Source: Macrostomum lignano (lineage: Eukaryota). From it: a stretch of 64,000 nt of DNA. Within the stretch, counting starts at the first letter, position 1. Each line of letters starts with the position of its first letter. Of this stretch, positions 1-11,000 are shown one piece after another. Where the stretch lies: positions 337,990 through 401,989 of the forward strand of contig NIVC01001776.1 in the NCBI GenBank assembly GCA_002269645.1, written 5' to 3'. The notes under the pieces were generated by a model. It did not search any database and was not told the DNA's origin. It saw only the letters and a program-made list of their open reading frames with translations. Position numbers and translations under genes: made by a program.

Positions 1-14
1 AGACCTGGAATGCC

Positions 15-538
15 ATCAGGGTAGAGATGCCTGCTGAGTCATTGAGTCGTGAGTAGAGGGTAGATATGCCTGCTGAGTCATTGAGTAGGTGAGTAGGGGG
101 TAGAGATGCCTGCTGAGTCATTGAGTAGGTGAGTAGGGGGTAGAGATGCCTGCTGAGTCATTGAGTAGGTGAGTAGGGGGTAGAGATGCCTGCTGAGTCA
201 TTGAGTAGGTGAGTAGGGGGTAGAGATGCCTGCTGAGTCATTGAGTAGGTGAGTAGGGGGTAGAGATGCCTGCTGAGTCATTGAGTGGTAGAGATGCCTG
301 CTGAGTCATTGAGTAGGTGAGTAGGTGGTAGAGATACCTGCTGAGTTATTGAGTGGTAGAGATGCCTGCTGAGTCATTGAGTCGTGAGTAGGGGGTAGAT
401 ATGCCTGCTGAGTCATTGAGTAGGTGAGTAGGGGGTAGAGATGCCTGCTGAGTCATTGAGTAGGTGAGTAGGGGGTAGAGATGCCTGCTGAGTCATTGAG
501 TCGTGAGTAGGGGGTAGAGATGCCTGCTGAGTCATTGA
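15..538. repeat. 40-bp minisatellite (GAGATGCCTGCTGAGTCATTGAGTAGGTGAGTAGGGGGTA), about 13 units, in intron 1 of the isochorismatase gene
   Basis: Unit recurs at 63, 103, 143 (period 40), with some shortened variants. Confidence 0.95.
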
Positions 539-602
539 AAAGGGAGAAAGACTGCAAATAGATAACTCCAATGTCAGAAATGTGAATCAATGCCACACTC
601 AC

Positions 603-795
603 CTTTGGGATACTGCTCAGTGACAAAGACTGGCATCTTTATTATCTGACAGGCTCGCAGCATCCGAGAAGAAGTGTCAACAATGGCAGGAAAGTGAGTG
701 ATTGTTTTCCGGAATTTCTCTTGCATGTCACACAAAAACAGGGCTGTGCGATTGGAGTTGAGCTTGCCAACACAGCGTACCACTGCAGATGCCAT
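603..795 (-). CDS. ISOC2: Isochorismatase domain-containing protein (ISOC1/ISOC2-like), first coding exon; rest of gene is left of the window
   Basis: MASAVVRCVGKLNSNRTALFLCDMQEKFR...VTEQYPKG matches the ISOC family motifs FLCDMQEKFR and TEQYPKG. A phase-1 GTGAGT donor follows. The short N-terminus favours ISOC2 over ISOC1. Confidence 0.85.
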
Positions 796-897
796 TGCTT
801 AGCATGCATTCAATCAGTTTGCTATAACATATTTGCAAAATGTGAAAACTGTTGAACTCATTTTAATCAGTCATCGATTTTTGAGGCACTTTTATGA

Positions 898-2790
898 ATA
901 CGAGAGAGGGCTGTCAGAAAAGTTTTGCTTATTGACCAATATATATATTTGTAAGTTACGTAACGAAATGCGGCTAAGCCCAGGCCACTGCCTGGTATAT
1001 AAAGTGCCTGTTACAAAAATGGCTTGAAATCTCGAAACCTAGCTTTACAGCAGACAATTTACAAGTCCTATTATGAACACCTCCGTTTTGCAAAAAAAGC
1101 TTCTCTAAAGAAGACAAACGAACCAGTATCAAGTTTCATAACTTGCTTGGGCTGTCTCCAACAGAGACACACGCCAGCATGCATCGAGCCATGGCATGAG
1201 ACTCTTGCCCGTCATGACACTATTCGTCGCTGGATGGCAGGTGTTCTTGACGGCAAGGAGGACGTTCATGACGAACCTCGAAGTGGAAGGCCCTGTTCAG
1301 CGCGAACAACACAGTTGGCGCAGAAGGTGGAAGCTGCTCTGCAAGAGGATCGCCGTGTCACCACTAATCAGCTGGCTGAGTCTACAGTCTACTGGCATGT
1401 CTCATGACAAAATCCATAAGGTGCTGACTGAAGCTCTTGGAGTCAGGAAGATTTGCGCGAGGTGGGTGCCTCACATCCTGTCAGAGGAGCAGAATGTCTG
1501 CTGCACACTGAGTCTACTGGCGTGTCTCATGACACAATCCATAAGGTGCTGACTGAAGATCTTGGAGTCAGGAAGATTGGCGCGAGGTGGGTGCCTCACA
1601 TCCTGTCAGAGGAGCAGAAGGTCTGCCGCACAACTCTCAGAGCAGCTCATCTGCAAAGACACAGGCGCGAGGGGCTTCAGTTTCTTCAGAGAATCGTGGC
1701 TTGTGATGAGACTTGGGCTCACTCGCGGGAGGCTGAACTGAAGCGGCAGAGCGCATCTTGGTGCCGGCCTGGCTCTCCAAGGCCAGTGAAGGCTGCGGGG
1801 AGCATTGCTCAGCTGGAAATCATGCATGTGACTTTCTTTGATCGCGAGGGCATCATCTTCGATCAGGCTGTTCCTGCCAGCCGGACAGTCAATGGTGACT
1901 ATTATCTGCAAGTGCTGCACAAGGTGCAAAGAGCCATTCGCGACAAAAGGCCAAGCTTGCACGCCCACGGCCCAATCCTGCTGCAAGACAACCAGGGTTT
2001 TTTTTTCGTCCATAATTTGGGTGCGATTTCGCACCCTGTGCTAGATTTCAGGGTGCGATTTTCAAGACCAGGATGCGCTGCACTGCTGCAGACAAAAACT
2101 GGTCTAACACTTATAGTGTGTTTCAAAGTTTCTGTCCATCCAAACCATCCAATGATGATCCAAATTCCAAACGCTTAACTTAATTGTTTGATCTCCTTAT
2201 AATTCTCCCCTCAGCCTCAGCTCAGCAGCTCAGCTTACTCAGCTGGCTAATTCTAAGAATACAAAATAATGGACTTAAGACAACCATAACACTAAATAGT
2301 GAAATCCGCATCACATCATTGCAAAAAATTATGGTGCACTTCTCACACCTTGAGTCAAATTTCAGGGTGCAATTTTTAAGACCAGGATGCTATTCGCACC
2401 CATTTGCACAAAAAACCCAGAAGACAACGCTGCTCTGCATTGCAAGAAATTGGTGATTGAAGCCTCATGGGGCTGGAAATTCTTCCACACCCACCTTATT
2501 TGCCAGATCTCAGCCCTTGCAACTTTTCCTCTTCCCTAGGATCAAGGAGACGATGTGAGGCCGACGTTTTAGCAGCAAGGAGGAAGTCAATGGGGCTTAT
2601 CGCGAAGGAATGGCAGCCACAACAAAGAGTGGCATCAGTGCCGGCATTGACAGACTCGTGTGGTGGTGGGGAAAATGCCTTGAGGCTGGCGGTTAATATT
2701 TTGAGTGATGAGATACTGATAAAGTTTTCTGATAATTGCTATCTTTTAATATGGCTTAGTTTTAATTTTACTGACAATGGTCAAAGGTCT
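898..2790 (+). mobile_element. Degenerate mariner (Tc1/mariner) transposon
   Basis: Transposase motifs across frames: DEPRSGRP, WVPHIL, ACDETW, QDN, HPPYLPDLSPCNF. Frameshifts, an internal 125-bp duplication and a MITE insertion. Ends approximate. Confidence 0.9.
1993..2420. mobile_element. 428-bp non-autonomous hAT-type MITE inserted in the mariner transposase
   Basis: Perfect 8-bp TSD AAGACAAC (1985-1992, 2421-2428). Ends CAGGGTTTTTT...AAAAAACCCAG. Removing it restores LLQDNAALH. Confidence 0.85.
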
Positions 2791-4860
2791 AATACCTCTA
2801 AAGGTAAGATGATTATATCATTCTACTAATAGCAACAAAAATGTGCTGAAAATAGGAATGGACTACTGCCTAACTTATATATATATATATATTTATATAT
2901 AAATATTTTTTCTATGATATGCCTTAAGCAAGCTTGGCTATCATATTTATAACTTGTATGTGTTAATGCAAGGTAGTCAATCTAAATCCATATGTTTTAC
3001 ACATTATTTAAAAAAATTCAAGACTAATATTAATAAATATATTAGTAAAACAATTGCTTATTTGTAGTATAAACATATGTACCAAATTAAATTGATAAAC
3101 AATGTTTATACACTTTAAATTGTTGGGGCAGAAACTCTTATTAAATTATTAAATTAAATATACAAAAACAACAATGACAGTTGTTATATATTGTTTTTGT
3201 TGAATATATATTTTATCATTTGTATTATTTTTATCATTTGTTTTTTGATTATACATATAAGAAAAACAAATGATAAAATCAGAGGTACAATTCCTATATA
3301 ACCTCTAAATAAAATTTTGTTTTACTAGTTTTAGTTTAGTTTTACTATTAACCAAAATTTATTTATCTTCTTAACTTTTTCTATTTCTATAGTATAAACA
3401 GTGGGTACTAAATCATTATAAATAAAACTGTATAAACTGAAAATATAAAGAATTTGTGAATGCAATAAAGCAATATTGCTTCTAAATATTTTCTTCTTGT
3501 CCAAGTCAAGATATCATAGTATATAACCAGATCTTTCAAATTAGTGTATAAAAATTTTAAGATAAACTTAAAAAATAATTATTTGATATATACAAGATAT
3601 GAGTAGAAATTGATGTGAAATAGATAAAGAATAATAAAAAAGCAATTCCAACAATATAAAACAAAGGACAAAGACAAAGTAATCCTATTTTTGAAAGTCT
3701 ACATATTATAAAATCTTGTCCTTATATATCTTCCATTATTTTATTATTAACATCAGTTCAAAGTGTTCTAAGTAACAAAGAAATAGGGAATGTGAATAAA
3801 TAAAATGATTTAGATTATAATGTTGCATTGATGATGCTTTTTACTCTTTCAATTAGGCAAAAAATATTTAACAACCAAAATCTGAATTGGCAATTGTATA
3901 ATTCATATTAAACCTAAACTGTACCAAAGCGCATTATATTCGGCATTCACATAAGCTGCAAGAGAAATAATTACATATAACTAAGAGTTATAGGGTTGCT
4001 TTTATATTTTAAACTAACAATCAGATACTAACAATCAGACAGAGATTGGATACAAGTTAACTGCACATAACAATAAAACACAAATCAAGACAAATCTCTT
4101 TCTCGGAAAAACGGCAAATCGAATTTTATAATTTGCAACCATCCACGGAAAAAAAAATATTAATAACGATTTTTGAACAGACTATGACAGTAAGCTTTTT
4201 AATAACTATAACTGTAAATTTTCCTCCGTTGAACTGTATTTATAAAGAGTTTATATCTATTTTACAGAAATTTTACTAACTACATTGTAGATGTGATAGC
4301 CAGAGGCACAACAACCGGATCGAGACCGCCCTTGAATTGAGACCCCGAAAGATTGTACAGGCCAAGACCAAGCGAGTTTTTTTACCAAACCAAGCGCGCC
4401 CACCTTCTCCCTCCTGTTGGTTCTGAACCCCCCCCCCACATCTACCCCCGTAGAGCAATCCAACGTCGATGACGCCGGCCGACTTATTAATTTGACGTCC
4501 AACATATGACTTCGCTGCTAAAAAGGTACTTTAAAATGATTTTCAATTTACGACGTTTGGCCGACCTATAACGTCGTTTATCCGTCGACGCAATGTAAAA
4601 AGAGATATTTGCTAGAGACATCCATCGACGTCGGGTAAGTTGACGACGGACGTCGGAATGTTGCACAGGCTCCCTCACCAAATTTCTAGTCATTTACAGC
4701 GGCTTTCTCGATCATCAGGAAAGTACATGTACATGTGATGCATAATGGTATTTATTAACAGCCATTTCAAATCTCAACGATCTAAGAATAATTCAATTGC
4801 TACACCCTATTCGGGGCGTTTTAGGCTTCACAATTAAAAATCCTCAGGCCTCACGCGCGT

Positions 4861-6660
4861 ATATATATATTTTTTTTAAGACGCAGAGGAGAGAGAACAG
4901 GCTGGAGGGGCAGGCAGCAGCAGCCTGAGGGGTCAGCGCAAGCGCCTGCAGGTCAGCGCGATGAGCAGTCCGTTATAGCTCTTATAGATTTGGCAGTGCG
5001 GGCCTGGCCGCGGCGCAATTTTGCTCGGTCGGCCCGTGCAGCATGGCCAGGGCCAGGGACGGGCGCACAGCGACCCAGGGTCCGTAGGCAGTGGCCCAGC
5101 AGCATCTGACGGCGCCGGCGCAGGATAGCGCTCAGGGGGGCGGAGTTCCAGCGCGGGCCATCAGAGCGTTAGTCGACAGGCGCTCCGGATAATGCACGCC
5201 CAGCGCGTATCTCAGCAGCGATCGGTGGAGATGGAGACAATATTGGAGGTGTGCCATTGCTGAGGAGCCTCGTTGCCTCCCAGGCTGCAGTGCTTGTTCA
5301 GCAGGCTGATAATGATTGGGGTGAGCTCCGGCAGCTTGAGGACCCCTGGGAGGGATGGCGTCCACCCCAGCGGTGGCATCAGCTCGTATGGTCAGTTGGA
5401 GAGGCGCAGTTGGAGCAGGCGCGTTGAGCACCTCGCGGTAGTGGGTGGCCAGCAGGGCCTTGCGGTGCTCGGTGGAATCAGCGCCGACGATGGTGTTGGA
5501 CCTGGGCTTCCTGCCAGTCAGCTGGTTGATGGCCCTCCAGGCAGCACTATGGCGGCAGTTGTCGGTAGCGAGTTGGATTTCGCTCACAGCCTCTTCGATG
5601 AAGGTTTCAGTCCGCTGGGCGTAGATGAGCTGCAGCTCGTCCCTGGCAGCACTGGCCTGGTCGCTGTCATGGCCGTGGAGTGCAGCAGTGCTCTGTACAT
5701 GCCGCCTTGCCTGGGAGATGATGAGATCGCGGTCCCAAAGGGGCTTTGGATGGTTTGCCTGTCTCCGTGGGAGAAGCGCTGCAGCATCCTCGACGGCGTG
5801 ATGAAGACTCGAAGTACTCGGCTGGAACAAGAGTAGCGGCAAGCAACTTGCGTAGGAAGGCCAGCCGCGTGTCCGGGTTGCCCAGAGCGGGTGAGGTGGC
5901 GCAGGCCGTAGCTTTTGCCAGTGCTGATCGAAGTCGCATGCCACCAGGCGGTCATCAGATTGAACGCAGTCGGGGCGGATGTTGAGGACTCTGCGCACCC
6001 TGGACCTCAGGGCAGTTGGGCAGAGAATCCAGTCCAGCCGAGTGGTTCGTCCGTTGGGGCCAGAGAAATTTTGAAACTTGCTGAAGCCCTGTCGCATGGT
6101 GCCATTGACAGTCATCAGCTCTCTGGCCTGGATAAAACTAGACAGAAAAGGTGATTTGGCATTGGGGATGCCACAGCTCATGAAGTCACCAGAAGTCACC
6201 CAGCAACAATGACAGTCACGAGCAGGGATGGAATCAAGCATGCAGCCCGAAGTGTCGTAAAGGGCTTCTGTCTCCGACGGATCTTCGCTAGTCCGGGGGG
6301 GGGCCGTTGGAGAATAGACGCAGATGACGTGAAGCCGCCTGTCTTTTCCGGCAAAGGAGGCGTGTCCCAGGCGCTCGGGTGGGAACCTGATGTCCAGCAG
6401 CGCTCAGGATGCGACGGGCGACAGCAGGAAGCCGATGCCTCCAATTCCCTGGGGAGTGGCTGGGGCAGCCTTGAATTGCCAGATTAGGCCCAGATCCACA
6501 GTCTGCCGCCGATGTCCTTGAACTGCCAGGATGGAGATGTTGAGGTCGGCCTGAGAGTGCTGAGAGTGCGGCAGAAGGTGGCGACCCGAATCTGGTTTTG
6601 AAGATGCGGCCGACTTGTCTCCTTCTTGGCTGTGCTTGGCTCCCTCAGTAACCAAAGTTA
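4861..6660 (-). mobile_element. RTE-like non-LTR retrotransposon with intact-looking APE region but RT core deleted
   Basis: APE motifs IRVATFCRTL, ILAVQ, GIGGIGFLL, TRLDWIL, SDDRLV. RT start AGVDAIPP/VLKLPE...WHTSNIVSI joins directly to C-terminal HRSLLRYALGV...ILRRRRQMLLGHCLR. A/(TA)n tail at about 4861-4878. Confidence 0.85.
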
Positions 6661-6899
6661 TCTAACTTCAAACATTGGTTGGCGATCTTATAGAAATATA
6701 TGGACCTCACTTATCTTTTCGAATGATTAATTACTTCTTTCAAATGTCAACTACCGGTATATTTTTAGAAATGGGTTGCCCCCCTAGCACCCATGCAACC
6801 ATTCAACTCTATTCAACCGTCAAGTGAAACGGATCGATGCCCTTAATTTTTGACAGCTGCCCCTGCAATTTTTTTGCAATGATAATTTTTTATCAACCA

Positions 6900-7677
6900 C
6901 AGGCGCCGCGTCGCCATGGATTTTATAGTGGGGGGGGGGGAAGTCAGAATTCTACGAACTACATGACTATAGATTCTTACATTATTTCGAGAACCAGGCT
7001 TTGACATTTAGCACTCATTTTGGCGCCGCAGACGGACAATCATTTTGGCGCCGCAGACGGACACTTATTTTGGCGCCGCAGACGGACAATCATTTTGGCG
7101 CCGCAGACGGACACTTATTTTGGCGCCGCAGACGGACAATCATTTTGGCGCCGCAGACGGACAATCATTTTGGTGCCGCTGGCACTCATTTTGGCGCCGC
7201 AGACGGACACTTATTTTGGCGTCACTGGAACTCATTTTGGCGCCGCAGACGGACACTCATCTTGGCGCCGCAGACGGACACTTATTTTGGCGCCGCAGAC
7301 GGACAATCATTTTGGCGCCGCAGACGGACACTTATTTTGGCGCCGCAGACGGACAATCATTTTGGCGCCGCAGACGGACACTCATCTTGGCGCCGCTGGA
7401 ACTCATTTAGGCGCCCCAGACAGACACTCATTTTGGCGCCGCTGGCATTCATTTTGGCGCCGCAAACGGACACTCATCTTGGCGCCGCTGGAACTCATTT
7501 AGGCGCCCCAGACAGACACTCATTTAGGCGCCCCAGACGGACACTCATTTTGGCGCCGCAGGCGCTATATTTTGGCACCCTAAAGCAAACTTATTGCTTT
7601 CCATATCGGGTCACAAGGTGGGGTGGAGGGGGGATTTGCATGTCCCCCACAGCTTTCCCCCGCTTGCGACGCCTCTG
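6900..7677. mobile_element. Putative hAT-like non-autonomous element carrying an internal 25-bp tandem array
   Basis: Left end CAGGCGCCGCGTCGCC and right end (reverse complement) CAGAGGCGTCGC resemble each other. Flanks ATCAACCA / ATCGAACA may be a decayed 8-bp TSD. Confidence 0.45.
7015..7580. repeat. 25-bp minisatellite ATTTTGGCGCCGCAGACGGACA(CTT/ATC), partly alternating variants
   Basis: Directly visible tandem units. The overlapping repetitive ORFs are artefacts. Confidence 0.95.
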
Positions 7678-8031
7678 ATCGAACATCTCGTGAGCCAAAA
7701 ATAACTGCAAATTTCGAAATAACTTACAGAAGCTACATGTAAATGATGAAGCAAGTAAAGAGGTTTTTAATAAGCAAACCAAACGTACCTGTTGACTAGT
7801 GCAGTTCATAAATTTAACAGTTCGACGGCGAAGACTGGAAATGGTAAATCTATAGCGCGCAACGAAGTACAGAATTTTTCAAACTTCAGGGTTAATATTT
7901 ATGAAAAAAAACTATTTACTTACAAAGTTCTACATGCATGTTTAAAATCTTTGTCGTGAACAATTCTGGCTGAATAGAAAAATATCGAATTCGCTAATCC
8001 TTGCCCACAGCTACTGGCATACTGAAGGCAA

Positions 8032-11000
8032 ATGCAGCTCTGCCAGGTACTCCAGCCAGTGCTAATTATTCTAAATCTGGGAATCGCAACGCAGTCTTTT
8101 GACTTAGACTGCTCCATTAAAAAGCACAAAAGTGAGCATTTATTAACTTAAAAATATTTGACAATTGCCTTGTGTTTTGCTTTTAGTTTTTTTAAACGCT
8201 TCAATTTTAAACACTTCAAAAGACATTAAGTAATAAAACACTTCATTTTTATTAATGGCGTTAATTTCAGTCACACTGCAGCTGAGCAGGGCTGACGTTC
8301 TGCGCACCTGGCAACCCGGCGGTGCGCACTGCCGTTGGTGGGAGAGTCGGCAGTCAGAGACAAACCGATTCCCTGCTGCTGTGCGGTCCGGGCCTCGGTG
8401 GCTTGTGATGCAGCTGAGGCAGCCGATGATGCTGGAGGCGGTGAGCGTGCGAGACTGGGGTGAGTGACGCTGACCGACTCATTCTCATGATGCATGATGA
8501 GGCAGAGGGAGTCTGGGACACAGTGTGAGACAGTGTGAGACCAGCTAGCATCTAATTAGCACTCTGAGACAGTGTGAGACCAGCTAGCATCTAATTAGCT
8601 CTCTGAGACAGTGTGAGACCAGCTAGCATCTAATTAGCACTCTGAGACAGTGTGAGACCAGCTAGCATCTAATTAGCACTCTGAGACAGTGTGAGACCAG
8701 CTAGCATCTAATTAGCACTCTGAGACAGTGTGAGACCAGCTAGCATCTAATTAGCACTCTGAGACAGTGTGAGACCAGCTAGCATCTAATTAGCACTCTG
8801 AGACAGTGTGAGACCAGCTAGCATCTAATTAGCACTCTGAGACAGTGTGAGACCAGCTAGCATCTAATTAGCACTCTGAGACAGTGTGAGACCAGCTAGC
8901 ATCTAATTAGCACTCTGAGACAGTGTGAGACCAGCTAGCATCTAATTAGCACTCTGAGACAGTGTGAGACCAGCTAGCATCTAATTAGCACTCTGAGACA
9001 GTGTGAGACCAGCTAGCAGCCAAGCACTCGTGTTGCAGATCGCCAGTGGCACACAGCAGCTCCGGTCGGCTCGCCCGTGTCAGCGGTCGGAGCCTCGAGC
9101 CTCCCGCTGGAGCTGCAGCTGGAGGACCCGTGCCGCGCCAGCTGGGAGGCCTTCGGCAGTAGCGAATTTTGGATGCAGATTAGTAGCTCTAACCAGGTAC
9201 GTCATAACTATTTATATTTGAGGCTGGTTGTTTATGCGTGAGAATAGATTCTTAGCATGTTTGCCTTCTGTTTTTTCAGAAACCGATATCCTATATTCGT
9301 CTCGCAAGTGCAAAAGAGCTCAGCTTTTCTGCAATCAATATTTCTGGTAGGAAATGGTTTTTAATCTAGCGTATTTGAACTTTTTCAAAACTGAATATGT
9401 TATTTTGAAATTTCATCTTGATCCGGTCGAACGCACAGGCTACAAACCGACCTTGAAACTCGACCCACACGATGCAACAATGACACTTTTGAAACTGAAG
9501 GAGGCAAAAACTGTAACTTTCCATCTTATGGATTCAAGTTCAAGAGGTCTATCTGTTTCATGCTTTGTTCGTCGCAATCAATTGACTTTGAGGAGGGTTG
9601 TCGTTGTCAGAGAACGGGTAAGAACCTGTGTTTGTAGCTATTATGTGACTTGACTTTCTAGACTCAGCTGCAGGGGTTCTGGGCATTCGGATAGTCTAGA
9701 GAGTCCAGTAGGTGGATTGTCGCTCGCCCGGTAGCCCTTGGGTAGCGGACGAGCTGGCAGAGATTCTCGGGCCTGAAAACGTCTGAGAGGTGTCCGGGTT
9801 TGGGGCCAGAGGTTCACAAATTAAGGGCTTTGCATTCGCGACGCCAAAGAGGCGCATTTCCCGCTACGGATTTTCCCTGGAGGTGACAATGCTTAGCAAA
9901 ACTGACTCAAACCCACCCTGACCGCCCTGATGTCCCTGCGGTTGAGTCCAAGCAGGTAGCTATTGTGTGTCGAACTCGATGATACTAGAACTCATTAAGC
10001 CATTCTGAAAGCTAATCAGTTGATCGATCAAATCTATCCATTCACAGGCTTTTCCAGGAAGATTTTCGTTTAAGCTCAAGCCAATGATGAGGTGGCAAGG
10101 TTCTGAGCTAATCTGTTGCTATGGAAACCTGTCCAGTCCGGATCGTGGCAACTGTACTATTGTCAGGACAATCAGCGTGAAGTGTCAGTTTGAATTTTTC
10201 GTTCATTGTATTTCAAAATCGATTCAGTGATAGAAGAGAAACGATATTTTTCGGCCATTTTCAGTCGTGGCCAAGCGTACGGCACTGAGCGTGCCAAAGA
10301 AGTGGCTGGTCAACTCGTCTGTGCTGGTCAACTTCACCTCCGTTGAGGAGTATCCGCCTTCCAATCATTCTTGCGTTTTTAGATATGGAAATAATGGTGC
10401 CGGGGAACGCTTGGACCAAGTGAATGAGGTAATAATTAATGTTTTATTTATCTTTATTTACAATCTTTATTTCCTGGAAGCCCAAGGAAGTGACCTTTTA
10501 AGTCTTTCGTTTCAAGTTGACTTTGACTGGAAACTTTTGTGGAGCATTGCTACGAACGCCACTCACGAAGATTATGTAGACATCCATTTGAGCATTATTT
10601 ATATCAAAACTTTTCTTGAAACTGTTGGGATATTCAAAAACTATTCCTTTGGGAATGTAGGACCTAGACTACAAACCTAACGAATACAAACCTAAAGAAT
10701 ACAAACCTAAAGAATACAAACCTAAAGAATACAAACCTAAAGAATACAAACCTAAAGAATACAAACCTAAAGAATACAAACCTAAAGAATACAAACCTAA
10801 AGAATACAAACCTAAAGAATTCAAACCTAAAGAATACAAGCCTAAAGAATTCAAACCTAAAGAATTCAAACCTAAAGAATTCAAACCTAAAGAATACAAA
10901 CCTAAAGACTACAACCTAAAGAATACAAACCTAAAGACTACAACCTAAAGAATACAAACCTAAAGACTAAAAACCTAAAGACTACAAACCTAAAGACTAA

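Noticed and set aside
4446-4670. CpG/GACGTC-rich segment as a MITE
   Set aside because: Only weak terminal similarity and no TSD could be identified.
7001-7678. Long repetitive ORFs over tandem repeats (also 21332-21824, 27935-28402, 34250-34621, 37953-38645, 43272-43700, 44699-45229)
   Set aside because: They are stop-free translations of micro/minisatellites, often on both strands and in several frames.
8271-9170. The five-copy exon 2-VNTR-exon 3 block as a standalone transposon
   Set aside because: No TIRs or TSDs were seen. Its borders coincide with splice sites and it is in frame with a distinct signal-peptide exon in every copy. Exonised-TE origin is not fully excluded.
9660-9990. Candidate exon 6 of receptors A/B in the GC-richer intron segment
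   Set aside because: All frames contain stops. A better phase-consistent Ig-like exon exists at 10048-10183 and 20492-20627.
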